From the NCBI GenBank assembly GCA_024137785.1, contig JAHRHZ010000038.1, forward strand, positions 7,516,444 through 7,580,443: DNA of 64,000 nt. The letters run 5' to 3'. The notes under the pieces are model-generated. The model was not told where the DNA came from and ran no database searches. It worked only from the letters and a program-made list of their open reading frames with translations. Both the position numbers and the translations under genes were made by a program. Of the stretch, positions 39,599 through 50,809 are shown piece after piece (position 1 is the first letter of the stretch; the number at the start of each line of letters is the position of its first letter). The stretch comes from Ginglymostoma cirratum (taxonomy: Eukaryota).

Positions 39599-40019
39599 TA
39601 GCTCCAGTTTCAAGCTTCCACTTCAAATTTATGGTTGTTGACTTATTTCTCACCTACTCGATCTGAATGGTTGAGTAAATTTCTCTGTTTTGGTATATGA
39701 TGCATTCAGACATTTTTTTGTGGATGAACTTGCATATCATTCTCCATGTCTGGTGCGCATTATTTTGTTGCTATACCATGACATCAATCATGCTGCTTTT
39801 CTCCTGAGTTAACAAAAGGCTAGCTGTTTGGATCTTTGTTTGTGTATTCATGGCCTTATGTGTACTGGCATTGTTAATAGAAAGTAATATTGTAAACTGG
39901 TCTTTTCCAATTAGAGCTTTTTGTACAGATTATGCAGAGTTAGTGGGCTAGTTACTCATTTTATATTATGGGTCCCTCCACCTTCAAATACACCAAATGG
40001 GTCAGTCTTATAATTGCAT

Positions 40020-40170
40020 ATTCAAGAAAGAGATTGATAAAGTTTTAGCTATTGAAGACATCAAGGTGTATGGAGAATAAATGGGAATATAATGTTGAAT
40101 TTGTTGATCAGCAATTATCATTTTGAATGCTGGAGCAAGCTCATAGAGTCAAAAACTCCTAGTTTCTATA
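40020..40170 (+). mobile_element. CR1 3' tail remnant
   Basis: 'ttcaagaaagagattgata..catcaagg..gatcagc..gaatgctggagcaagctc'. Confidence 0.6.
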
Positions 40171-41590
40171 AGAGGTTTGCTCCTCACAAACTCCACCCAC
40201 ATGAATTGAAGCTGGAGGACTAGGAAACAAGCTTGCTTGGGTCTGCTAAGGAGGCCTGAGGAGGAGGCAGACAGCAGTCAGTTTAAAAGTAGAGGCAGGT
40301 GTTGTATTGTTACATTATTGGAAAATATTTAGGAACTGTATTGTTATGCACATGTATACATCTAAATGCATGCCACATCACTCACCACTGCAGTACAGTC
40401 AGTGTTCAAAACAATAACGTATTATTCCACAGTATATTGTGAGTTCTGAGAAATAGATTCAACGACAGCCTCAGAGTCTGTGTGAAACAGTGTTCATTCT
40501 TTTAAAAATTTGTGAACATAAAACATTACAATGTGGCAGTAGGTGATTGTGACAAAATAAATTAAGTGATGAATTAGATTAAAAAAGAATTCAAGTCAGT
40601 GTCAGAGGAAGAGGAAAGGTCAATCAGACAAACATAAAAATATCAGAACCACAGCAATGACTGTTCAGTTCCAGCCCGCGGTGAATTGGGAGGAACTAAC
40701 ATTCTTAAAGATGCAAGTAGAAAGGAAAGGGTCGTCTACATGTTTTTATGGACAGGAGAGAAATGTTTAGATCTTTCCTATAGCTGGGAACAAAAGGAAA
40801 ACAGCAATAAAAATCCAGAAAAATAGTTCAAGAATTTCAATTCACATCTGCAACCCAAGTCAAAACATTGGACTCACCAATATGAATTTCTGAACTTGAG
40901 GTTGGAACTAGATAAGACTGTTGACAATTTCTTAGGGAGAGTGAGAAAATAGCCAGCAATGGTAAATCTGAAGAATTTGAGTGAGTGACTGATGAATCTC
41001 AACAACGCATGAAAATATGACAATGAAGAAATTCTTGGTGTCTTTCTAATATCAAAATACATTGTGTTTTACTTCAAAAAGGGATAAAATACGTCCCTAC
41101 CCCATTGCCTTTCGGTCTATTACTGAGCTGCCATTGGGTGAATAAGATGTCAATCAACCACCCTCCCTTCAGCCTGTTGGGGCCCTTAAATTGCCAGTTG
41201 ACGAGCTGCCGGCTTCTGGTGGGACATCCACTCCACACAAGGATTTTCAGGGGAAATTTCTTTCAAAAAAGCGGAGAAGCCTGACAGCAGGAAATAGACT
41301 ACCAGATTGTCTGTAAATCCCATCAACAGGCTCCCTTGCTGCAATCACCCGTGGTTTTATCACAGCAAATTCAGGTCTTTTGTCTTGATTGCTGCATCAG
41401 ACATGATCAACTAACTTGGCACAAAGAAAGGCCTGGGCCGGGGATCATTTGAACTATGAGGTTCAGCTGAGACTGTTGCTGGCAGAGACTTGTACCCACT
41501 AGGACAATGAAGGAATATATATGGAGATAACAAGGTGTGGAGCTGGATGAACACAGCAGGCCAAGCAGCATCATAGGAGCAGGAAAGCTT

Positions 41591-41618
41591 GACGTTTCGG
41601 GCCTAGACCCTTCATCAG
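41591..41618 (-). ncRNA. Minimal hammerhead ribozyme motif
   Basis: Reverse complement reads CTGATGA-AGGGTCTAGGCCC-GAAA-CGTC. Confidence 0.72.
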
Positions 41619-43018
41619 AAATGGGGGAGGGGAGGAGGGTTCTGAAATAAATAGGGAGCGAGGGGGAGGCGGATAGAAGATGGATAGAGGAGAGGATAGG
41701 TGTAGAGGAGACAGACAAGTCAAAGAGGCGGGGATGGAGCCAGTAAAGGTGAGTGTAGGTGGGGAGGTAGGGAGGAGATAGGTCAGTCCGGGGAGGACGG
41801 ACAGGTCAAGGGGGCGGGATGAGGTTAGTAGATAGGAGATGGGGGTGCGTCTTGAGGTGGGAGGAGGGGATAGGTGAGAGGAAGAACAGGTTAGGGAGGC
41901 GGGGACGAGCTGGGCTGGTTTTGGGATGCGGTTGGGGGAGGGGAGATTTTGAAGCTTGTAAAATCCACATTGATACCATTGGGCTGCAGGGTTCCCAGGC
42001 TGAATATGAGTTGCTGTTCCTGCAGCCTTCGGGGGGCATCATTGTAGCACTGCAGGAGGCCCAGGATGGGCAGCAGCAGGAACAGCAACTCATATTCAGC
42101 CTGGGAACCCTGCAGCCCAATGGTATCAATGTGGATTTTACAAGCTTCAAAATCTCCCCTCCCCCAACCCCATCCCAAAACCAGCCCAGCTCGTCCCCGC
42201 CTCCCTAACCTGTTCTTCCTCTCACCTATCCCCTCCTCCCACCTCAAGACGCACCCCCATCTCCTATCTACTAACCTCATCCCATCCCCTTGACCTGTCC
42301 GTCCTCCCCGGACTGACCTATCCCCTCCCTACCTCCCCACCTACACTCACCTTTACTGGCTCCATCCCTGCCTCTTTGACTTGTCTGTCTCCTCTACACC
42401 TATCCTCTCCTCTATCCATCTTCTNNNNNNNNNNNNNNNNNNNNNNNNNNNNNNNNNNNNNNNNNNNNNNNNNNNNNNNNNNNNNNNNNNNNNNNNNNNN
42501 NNNNNNNNNNNNNNNNNNNNNNNNCAGGGTTCCCAGGCTGAATATGAGTTGCTGTTCCTGCAGCCTTCGGGGGGCATCATTGTAGCACTGCAGGAGGCCC
42601 AGGATGGGCAGCAGCAGGAACAGCAACTCATATTCAGCCTGGGAACCCTGCAGCCCAATGGTATCAATGTGGATTTTACAAGCTTCAAAATCTCCCCTCC
42701 CCCAACCCCATCCCAAAACCAGCCCAGCTCGTCCCCGCCTCCCTAACCTGTTCTTCCTCTCACCTATCCCCTCCTCTCACCTCAAGACGCACCCCCATCT
42801 CCTATCTACTAACCTCATCCCGTCCCCTTGACCTGTCCGTCCTCTCCGGACTGACCTATCTCCTCCCTACCTCCCCACCTACACTCACCTTTACTGGCTC
42901 CATCCCCGCCTCTTCGACTTGTCTGTCTCCTCTACACCTATCCTCTCCTCTATCCATCTTCTATCCGCCTCCACCTCTCTCCCTATTTATTTCAGAACCC
43001 TCCTCCCCTCCCCCATTT

Positions 43019-43046
43019 CTGATGAAGGGTCTAGGCCCGAAACGTC
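43019..43046 (+). ncRNA. Minimal hammerhead ribozyme motif
   Basis: CTGATGA-AGGGTCTAGGCCC-GAAA-CGTC; stem II GGG/CCC, ACGT palindrome, weak stem I (TTT/AAG). Confidence 0.72.
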
Positions 43047-45276
43047 AAGCTTTCCTGCTCCTATGATGCTGCTTGGCCTGCTGTGTTCATCCAGCTCCAC
43101 ACCTTGTTATCTCGGATTCTCCAGCATCTGCAGTACCTATTATCTCTGAAGGAATATATATGTTTTGATAACAGAAATGAGGTTTAACAAAGGCACCTAT
43201 AGCAAAACATTGGAATCAATTGTAGCTTGTCACCAGTCCTGCCATTTGATACCAGCAAAGCATTTGAAACAATTCTTTTTTCAGACCATTGAGTTAAGTC
43301 TGGGTACCTTATTCACAACTCACTGTCATAGTGAGTCTGTGACTTAAGGTGTGGACAAGGGCTTGACTTGACTGAAATATAAAATAAAAGTTTTAAAAAC
43401 TGACAATTACAATGAACATCCCATGTACAAAAGACATTTGCAGCGATATCCCATTTTTTATTCATTTTTTTTTTCTATTATCAGAATACCCAAATTTAAC
43501 AAATGAAGGTTGATTTTTCAATGAAGATCAATTATTCAGAAACCTACTTTATCTGACATATGTCTCCTCTTTATTAACAGTTAAACTGAACATCTAAAAC
43601 TTCAAACATTTTTTATTGCTTAGAGTGATGATTCAGTAAAATTTATTCAGATATAAAATTCATGACAGCGTTGCCTCTTGGAGTTTATTGGTCTTTGCAC
43701 TATGTTGCTACACAAATAAATATAGAAAGAAAAAGTCTATACCGACATGAAATTGACTTGAACAATTTTGCTGAATTATGATAGAGAACTTATAACAAGG
43801 TACGATTAAAGAACTAGTACATGAGAGAAGAGTAAAGCAACACAAGAAGGCAGTGAACATCAAGCCAACAATTTTTTTTTGCACATGAGTTAAGAAGCCT
43901 GTTCACTTGAGGAATAATTGCTGAGGCCACAGCAATGCAAGCCTCAAGCCAGCTTTGATTAAGTAAGCCAGATCACTTCACTGTACCCTCTACATAACTC
44001 AACATGTATTTTAGCAAGAGAAATGGTTATTAATACCTCGACAATGAGCCCTTTGTCTGACAAAAAAGATGCTCCGGCAATTATGAGTTATTTCATCTTC
44101 CGTTGGCCTTGCCAACAATGTATCTTTGTTCTTCAAAATAATATACTTTGCAGATTCTTATAGACAGGACATTTAACACTGAAAGCCTTTTGCCATCAGC
44201 TTTTAAATAAGGATGACAACATCATATAACTGATAAGGCCCTAGGGACCCCCACACTATTCAAGCAGCTGACAGTTCCTTTGTTATTGGTTGTAGCGATA
44301 GTGATGTTGATTCTGGTTTTGGGGCCAGGAACAGACGGAGAACGGTAAATTGATCTGCAGTTCCTGCTACGGTATGAGAAACATTAAATCTTTCGAGGTC
44401 TGTAAGAGACTCATTTCAGTTAAAGGAAATCATTCAACAGTTCCAAAAAGTTCACGAATTGTATTGGGATGTGTTACATGGTTGAGTTAAATGTCTCAGG
44501 TGTCTATTGATCTCTTATAAGTTTGAAAGACGACGTATAATTTATGACTTAGTGCAATTTTAGTCATGGGTGCTTAAAAAAATGCCTTTTTGTAAGGCTT
44601 AATGAAAAATGTCAGACGAAACAACTTTTGAGTATTTACTAGTAAATGGTTTGTATTTATAAATAATGCCTCACAATCTTGTCCTACAACTATAGCTCGG
44701 TTTGTACTCTACTACAATATACCATGAAGTTATTAGAGGTGGAATTGCACTGGGATTCCCCAATAATTAGATTTTAATAGCTGTGCAATAGTGAGGGAAC
44801 CATTGTTCAGAGTTCAATCTATCCCCATGAGAGGATGCAGAATATCTTAGGTGTTCCTTTTTCAGTTTATGGTTGCTGTTTCAATATCTTGTTAAATGAC
44901 AGTCTTCTAATCACTCCCAATTATCAAATAAACACATTCCAATTGCTGTCAGAAGATACTATGTATTATTGGGTTGGATTAGAATGCTTACTATGAGGAA
45001 TAGAATATTCTTTATACAGCATTCCTAAATAATGCATGCAAGCATACGCCAACTGACTTCTTGGTTTAAAGACAAAATAACATAATTCAAACCACTTTTT
45101 TTTAAAGCTGCAGAGAATTAGGGGATTAAGAGCCATAGTGACAAAAGGCAATTGTCATCGCTCTCCAGTTGAGAGACATTTGGTTAATTGGAACCTGAGG
45201 ATAAGCCTTCCACAGGCATGGGTTAGGGCTAGGAATCATACCCTCATGGCACAGGATTAACGTTGTCTTTAATACA

Positions 45277-47607
45277 GGGAGGTGATGGTTTTGTGGTATT
45301 GTTGCTCCACAATAGATACCTGGTAAACCTTTGGGTCCCTGAGTTCAAACCCTACTGCGGCAGACAGTAGAATTTGAATTTGATAAACAAATCTGCAATT
45401 AAAAGACTAATGCTGGCTGTGAAACATTGCCAATTGACATTTTACAAACTGGTTCCCTACTGTGCTTTTGGGAAGGAAGCCTGCCATCCTTACCTCATCT
45501 GGTTTTGTCTCCAGGCTCACATAATGTGGTTGACTCTTACTTGCCATCTGAAATGGTGTCACAAGCCATTCTGTTGGAGCAGTTGCTAAAATGCCTCAGA
45601 TGGACTACATGGAAATGACACAGGCAAGCTTAGCTATGTCATCCCTGCAAAGCCTCCATGATCTAGCACCAAAACTAAGAGTGCTGTCTCACAACCTGCT
45701 TATGCATTAGCCTGAATCATCATAATGAGTCAGACCTCCCACTCAATATTCCCAGACAACACTATCAACCTCCCTGGAAATGTCCTGTCCTTCCTTCAGG
45801 ACCCGGGATCATTCTTGTAAACTTCCTCTGGACTCCCTCCAAGGCCAGCAAATCGTTCCTTAGATATGGGGCTCAAAACAGCTCGCAATTTTCCAAATGT
45901 AGTCTGACCATAGCCATATACAGCCTCTACAGTAGGAGGAGGCCGTGCAAGTTTCCTCATCCTCAACGATGGGGAGCCAAGCACTTCAGTGCAAAAGATA
46001 AGGATGAAATATTTGCAACAATCTTCAGCTGGAGGTGCCAAGTGATGATCAATCACAGCTTCTAACAGAAGTCCCCAGCATCACAGATGTGACTCTTCAA
46101 TTCAGTTCACTTTACACGATATCAAGAAATAACTGGAGGCACTGGATACTGCAAAGGCTAGGGGCCTTGACAACATCCTGCCAATAGTAATGAAGACATG
46201 TGCTTTAGAACTTGCTGTGACTGGAGCCGAGCTGTTTCAGTATAGCTGCACTGCTGATAACCACCTGACAGTGTGGAAAATTGCCCATGTTTGTCCTTTA
46301 TACAAAAAGGAGGACAAATCCAACCTGGCTAATTACTTCTCCATCAACCTACACGCGATTATCAGTGAAGTGATGGAAGTTATCATCAACAGTGCTATTA
46401 ATCAACATTTGCTGACTGATAAGCTGCTCAAGTGATACCCAGTTTGGGTTCTACCAGGGCCACTCAACTCCTGACCTCATTATAGACTCGATTCAAACAT
46501 GGACAAAAAAGCTGACTTCCAGAGGTGTGGCAAAAGCGACTGCCCATGGAATTACAGTCATATTTGATCGATAGTGACATCAAGGAGCCCTAGCAAAATT
46601 TAAGTCATTGGGAATTGGAAGGGAAATTCTCCACTGGTCGGAGTTATATGTGGCGCAAAGGAAGAAGGTTGTGGTTGTTGGAGGTTAGTTATCTCAGCTC
46701 CAGGACAGCTCTGCAGGGGCTTCTCATGGTGGTGTGCTCCTTCACGAGGTCAGAAGTGGAAATGTTCACTGATGATTGAACAATGTTCAACGCCAGTGGT
46801 AATTCCTCTGATACCTGAATAATATCAAGGCTTAGGATGATAAGTAGAATGTAACATTTGTGCCACACATTGCCAGGCAATGATCATCTCCAACAAGAGA
46901 GAATCTAATCATTGACTCTTGACATTTTCAACAGATTTACCATTCCTTATTGTGAACATCCTGCAGATGACCATTGACCAGAAACTGAACTGGATTAACT
47001 ATATTAATACAGTGGCTATAACAAAAGGTCATAGGCAGGAATCCTGCAGCATGTAACTCACCTCCTGAATCTTCAAAACCTTTCCAATGTGTACAAAGCT
47101 TAAGTCAGGAGAGTGATGGACAACGTCCAACTTGCCTGAAAGAGTGCATTTCCAACATCACTCAAGAAGCTTAATGTCATTCTGAACAAAGCAGACTACT
47201 TGATGGGCATCACATCTATAAACATCTGCTTCCTCCACCACCAATGGTCAGTAGCAGCAATGTGTGCCAACTACAAGATGCACTGCTAAAATTCACCAAG
47301 GTTTCTTAGAGATCATCTTCCAAACTCATGACTACTCCCATTGAAAAGGACAAGGGCAGCAGATACATGAGAATACCAACTGCAAATTCCCCTCAAAATC
47401 ATTCACCATTCTACCTTGGAAATATACCACTGTTCCCTTGGTGTCACTGGGTCAAAATCTTGGATCTCCCTTTCATGACAGCATAATGGGCATAGTTACA
47501 GTAAATGGACTGCAGCAGTTCAAGAAGACTGCTTACTATCACCTTCTGATAGACAACTAGGGCGCACAATAAATGCTGGCCCAGCGATTGATGCCCACAT
47601 CACATGA
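45277..47607 (+). mobile_element. Head-to-tail but decayed copy of tRNA-headed LINE X (part of EN/linker replaced by a CR1 fragment at 45795-45930)
   Basis: Head 'gggaggtgatgg..gagttcaaaccc..gaatttgaatt', EN start, MKTCALELAV..WKIAHVCPLYKK, RT 'atgttcactgatgat', and the shared 3' tail. Confidence 0.85.
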
Positions 47608-48691
47608 TGCCCAGAGACCAAGGAGCCTGGGTGAGAGGAGTTAGGATTTATTTCATAATCACACATTATACATTTATTGAGCATTTGATAAAACATGACC
47701 GTGCCTTTAATATTAGTTGCTGTCACATGGTGAGAAAACCAGACAAAAACAATAATATCCTACCATACTGCATGTGGAAAAAGTGGTGACAGGAACAAGT
47801 GGGAGGGAATTAGAAATGGTACAGTGTTCAAACATCGCAAATAAAATATATGTTGCATAATAAAAATCGATAGGAATCTATTGAAAACACCTGAGCTTTG
47901 TTCTTGTGATTCCTAATTCCAACTGAGAGGATCAGTGCCTGTGTCTGTGGTTATACCATGTGTAGGTGCTACTTCCAGCAGAGAGCAACTAAAAAGAGCC
48001 ACACAATGAATTCTAGATCTCAGAACACACATTCTTTAAAAGAAACTTAAAATTTGAACAGTCTGCTTATATTTTCCCTTTATGCTTCCCTGGGCTGAGA
48101 AAGCATGGCTTTGCAATAAGCTTTTCCATAGGAAATCTTCCTTATCACTCTGTAGCAGGATCCTTGATCTTTATGACTGTAATAAATTTACATCAAAGGA
48201 GCTTCTGTTCCTGTCTGAAGTTAAGTGAATTCCATGAAACCTATTGCCAATTATGTGTTAAAACAAATTTGGCGCTAACTTTGCTTTTCCCTTAAACCAA
48301 AACATCAATGTCTAACCAGAGTATACTTACAACTGAAGACCATTTAACAGTTTTCAGTTTCTTTTAGATCTGTTGGTTTAAGTTCAAGGGTCCATATACA
48401 TTTTAAGTAAAAATGCCACATTTAAACTTGGCTTTTAAATGAGGTAAGACTACATTTGAATTTGCAGCAGTAAATGCATGGATAGTAACTTAAAGTATGT
48501 TTCTGAAAAAGGACAGAGGACATGAAATGTTGCAAGTTCTAAATTGCTATTGCAAGAATAGTGACTTCAGAATTTCAGTGCATTTCATTTAGAATGTTCT
48601 TTGTTACATGTCAGTATTGCTTTGCAACATTTCACCTGCTTTGCCGACATTGTGCAATATTTTTTCATTTCACAGCTTATTGATCCAATAA

Positions 48692-49038
48692 GGAGGCAAT
48701 GGCCTGGTTGTATTATTGCCAGACTATTAATCCAGAGATCCTGCAATGCTTTGGGGAACCGGATTCAAATCCCACCGGGGCAAGAAATGAAATTTGAATT
48801 CAATAAAAACCTGCAATGAAAAGTCTAACGATGACCATGAATCAATTGTCAGGAACAATCCATCTGGTTCACAAATAGCCTATTGGGAAGGAAATCAGCT
48901 GTCCTTACCTGCTTTGGCCTACAAATGGCTCCAGACTCACAGCAATGTTGCTGACTCTCAACTGCCCTTTGGGCAGTGAGGGATGCACAATGAATGCTGG
49001 CCCAGCAGCAATGCCCTTATCGTGTGAGTGAATAAAAA
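48692..49038 (+). mobile_element. tRNA-derived SINE made of the LINE X head joined to the LINE X tail
   Basis: 'ggaggcaatggcc..ggattcaaatccc..catctggttcac..ggaaggaaatc..actgccctttgggcagtgagggatgcacaatgaatgctggcccagcagc..gaataaaaa'. Confidence 0.85.
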
Positions 49039-49154
49039 GAAGGTCTGACATGGAAAATAGGGCAGGACTAAAGTCATCATAAGCCTTCAAAATAGATTCA
49101 AGAGCCACCTCTTGCTGATTGTTATTAGATTTCTAAATGGACCTCTCAAATTTT

Positions 49155-49332
49155 AAATTTAAAGTTGATGTTGTTCTATGTGCACCTTCTCTGCAGCTGT
49201 AACACTGTATTCTTCGCTCTGTTCTATTACCTTCATGTACTTTGTATGGTATGATCTGTCTGCACTGCATGCAAAACAAAACTTTTCACTGTACCTAGTT
49301 ACATGCGACAATAACATATCAACTCAAATCAA
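49155..49332 (+). mobile_element. Rex1-like LINE 3' tail
   Basis: Same tail as 35088-35260 in the opposite orientation. Confidence 0.65.
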
Positions 49333-49729
49333 GTCCACTTTCCCAACCAAGTTCTGAACTCCCGCTCTCCCCTCCTACTCTTTTACATCTTTAGCTTCTA
49401 GAAATCTGTTTTTAACTTAAATCTATTCAGTGGCTTTTTCTCCATACCTTCCTGTGGTGGAGAATTTCACAGGATCGCCACCCTCTCAATGAAGTGGCCT
49501 GCAGCATGTCGGATGATCTTGACCTTTTTTTTCTGGATCCTGAGCGCAGAGGTAACATCATGCCTCATTTCAAACTCCATCAAAATGGCAAAAAGATCTG
49601 TAGTAGTAAAACAAAAATCAGTTCCTTTTTAAATCATTAATCACATAACTGGTATAAGAAGACTAAATCTGTTTGAAAAGACATTTCTTAAACTTCAGTC
49701 TGTAATTTTATTCTAATTATTGGAACCAG

Positions 49730-49965
49730 CAAGCTTGCCTCCAAGCCACTCACCACTCTGACTTGGAAATAAATCACTGTCCCTTCAGTGTTGCTGGGTC
49801 AATATCCTGGAATTCCCTCCTTAATGGTATTTTGGGTCAACCCACAACACGTGGATTGCAACGGTTCAATGAGGCAGTTCACCATCAACTTCTCAAGTGC
49901 AACTAGGATGGACAATAAATGCTGGCCTGCCAACGATGCCCATGTCCCACAAGTAAGTAAAAAAC
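49730..49965 (+). mobile_element. LINE X 3' tail
   Basis: 'ccaagccactcaccactctgacttggaaa..gcaactaggatggacaataaatgctggcc'. Confidence 0.8.
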
Positions 49966-50809
49966 AAAATTATTTTTGCAATAGTATATGCATATCCATC
50001 ATATACTATTCTCCCTCAGCACATATTAGGCTTTGGAGCTGACAGAATTGCATGCTACAATTCCACAAGATATGGTCCATTTTTCTATTCACCTGTGTAT
50101 CATGTTGCAATTATATAGGACTGATGGCATTCTTTCATTGTGAATTAAGTGCTAATTTTAACTGTCACAATATCATTCTTGTCATTTATTGTGAATATAC
50201 GCTCTGTATAATTAATAACTTGCGCGTGGAACATGTCTGTAAGGCATGGGAAGTGTCTGTCACACTTAGGAGTGCTGTTCCTGAAAAATGTCCATCATAC
50301 ATGAAATTTTGAATGCCTCAATTATATCAAGAAAAGGCTGAGCTTGTGACATCCAGGAGCATGCGCATTGGCAGTGATATCTCTAAACCTATTTGTAAAA
50401 AACAGTGGCAAATACCTTATAAATAACTAAAAGTAATTTAAAAATAATGAAAGAGCACATAGCGCAATAAAATAAAGTGCAAAACAATTTGTATTTTTAA
50501 TTTAACTTTTAAAAATCAGCAGAATGTTGTGCATGTGTATGTGCATGCAATCCGAAGTTATTGGAAGTGAGCATGCACTGTCAACAACCATCATTAGATC
50601 ATTGGTATCAGTGATCCCATTGTTTAAAAGCAACACTGATAATAGCATTGCAATAAACCCAACTGATTAAATTCTGATTAAATAAATGAAGCCAGTTAAA
50701 ATATGTTGCAGTGCTTTCAATGTCTACTTCTGTTTCTTAGTAAATTTAAGATAGTTGTTGGACAATTAATTTTCGCAAAAAGAATTAAAGTTAAATAGTT
50801 TACTGTCCA

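Larger units (their letters stand above)
41524..43146. mobile_element. Palindromic non-autonomous Penelope-derived element with 16-bp TSD (contains a 100-N gap and a duplicated overlap)
   Basis: Left arm 41524-42023 is the reverse complement of the right arm from 42076; 52-nt spacer; GAGATAA...TTATCTC ends; TGAAGGAATATATATG at 41508-41523 and 43147-43162. Confidence 0.92.

Noticed and set aside
40780-40815. Acceptor-like ttcctatag followed by CTG as the next MICU2 exon
   Set aside because: In-frame stop after 8 codons
41806-42831. Mirror-image ORFs on both strands (e.g. MRLVDRRWG...)
   Set aside because: A by-product of the palindrome and the gap duplication, not genes
48692-48790. tRNA gene
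   Set aside because: The A/B-box-like head continues into a SINE body; no cloverleaf or terminator
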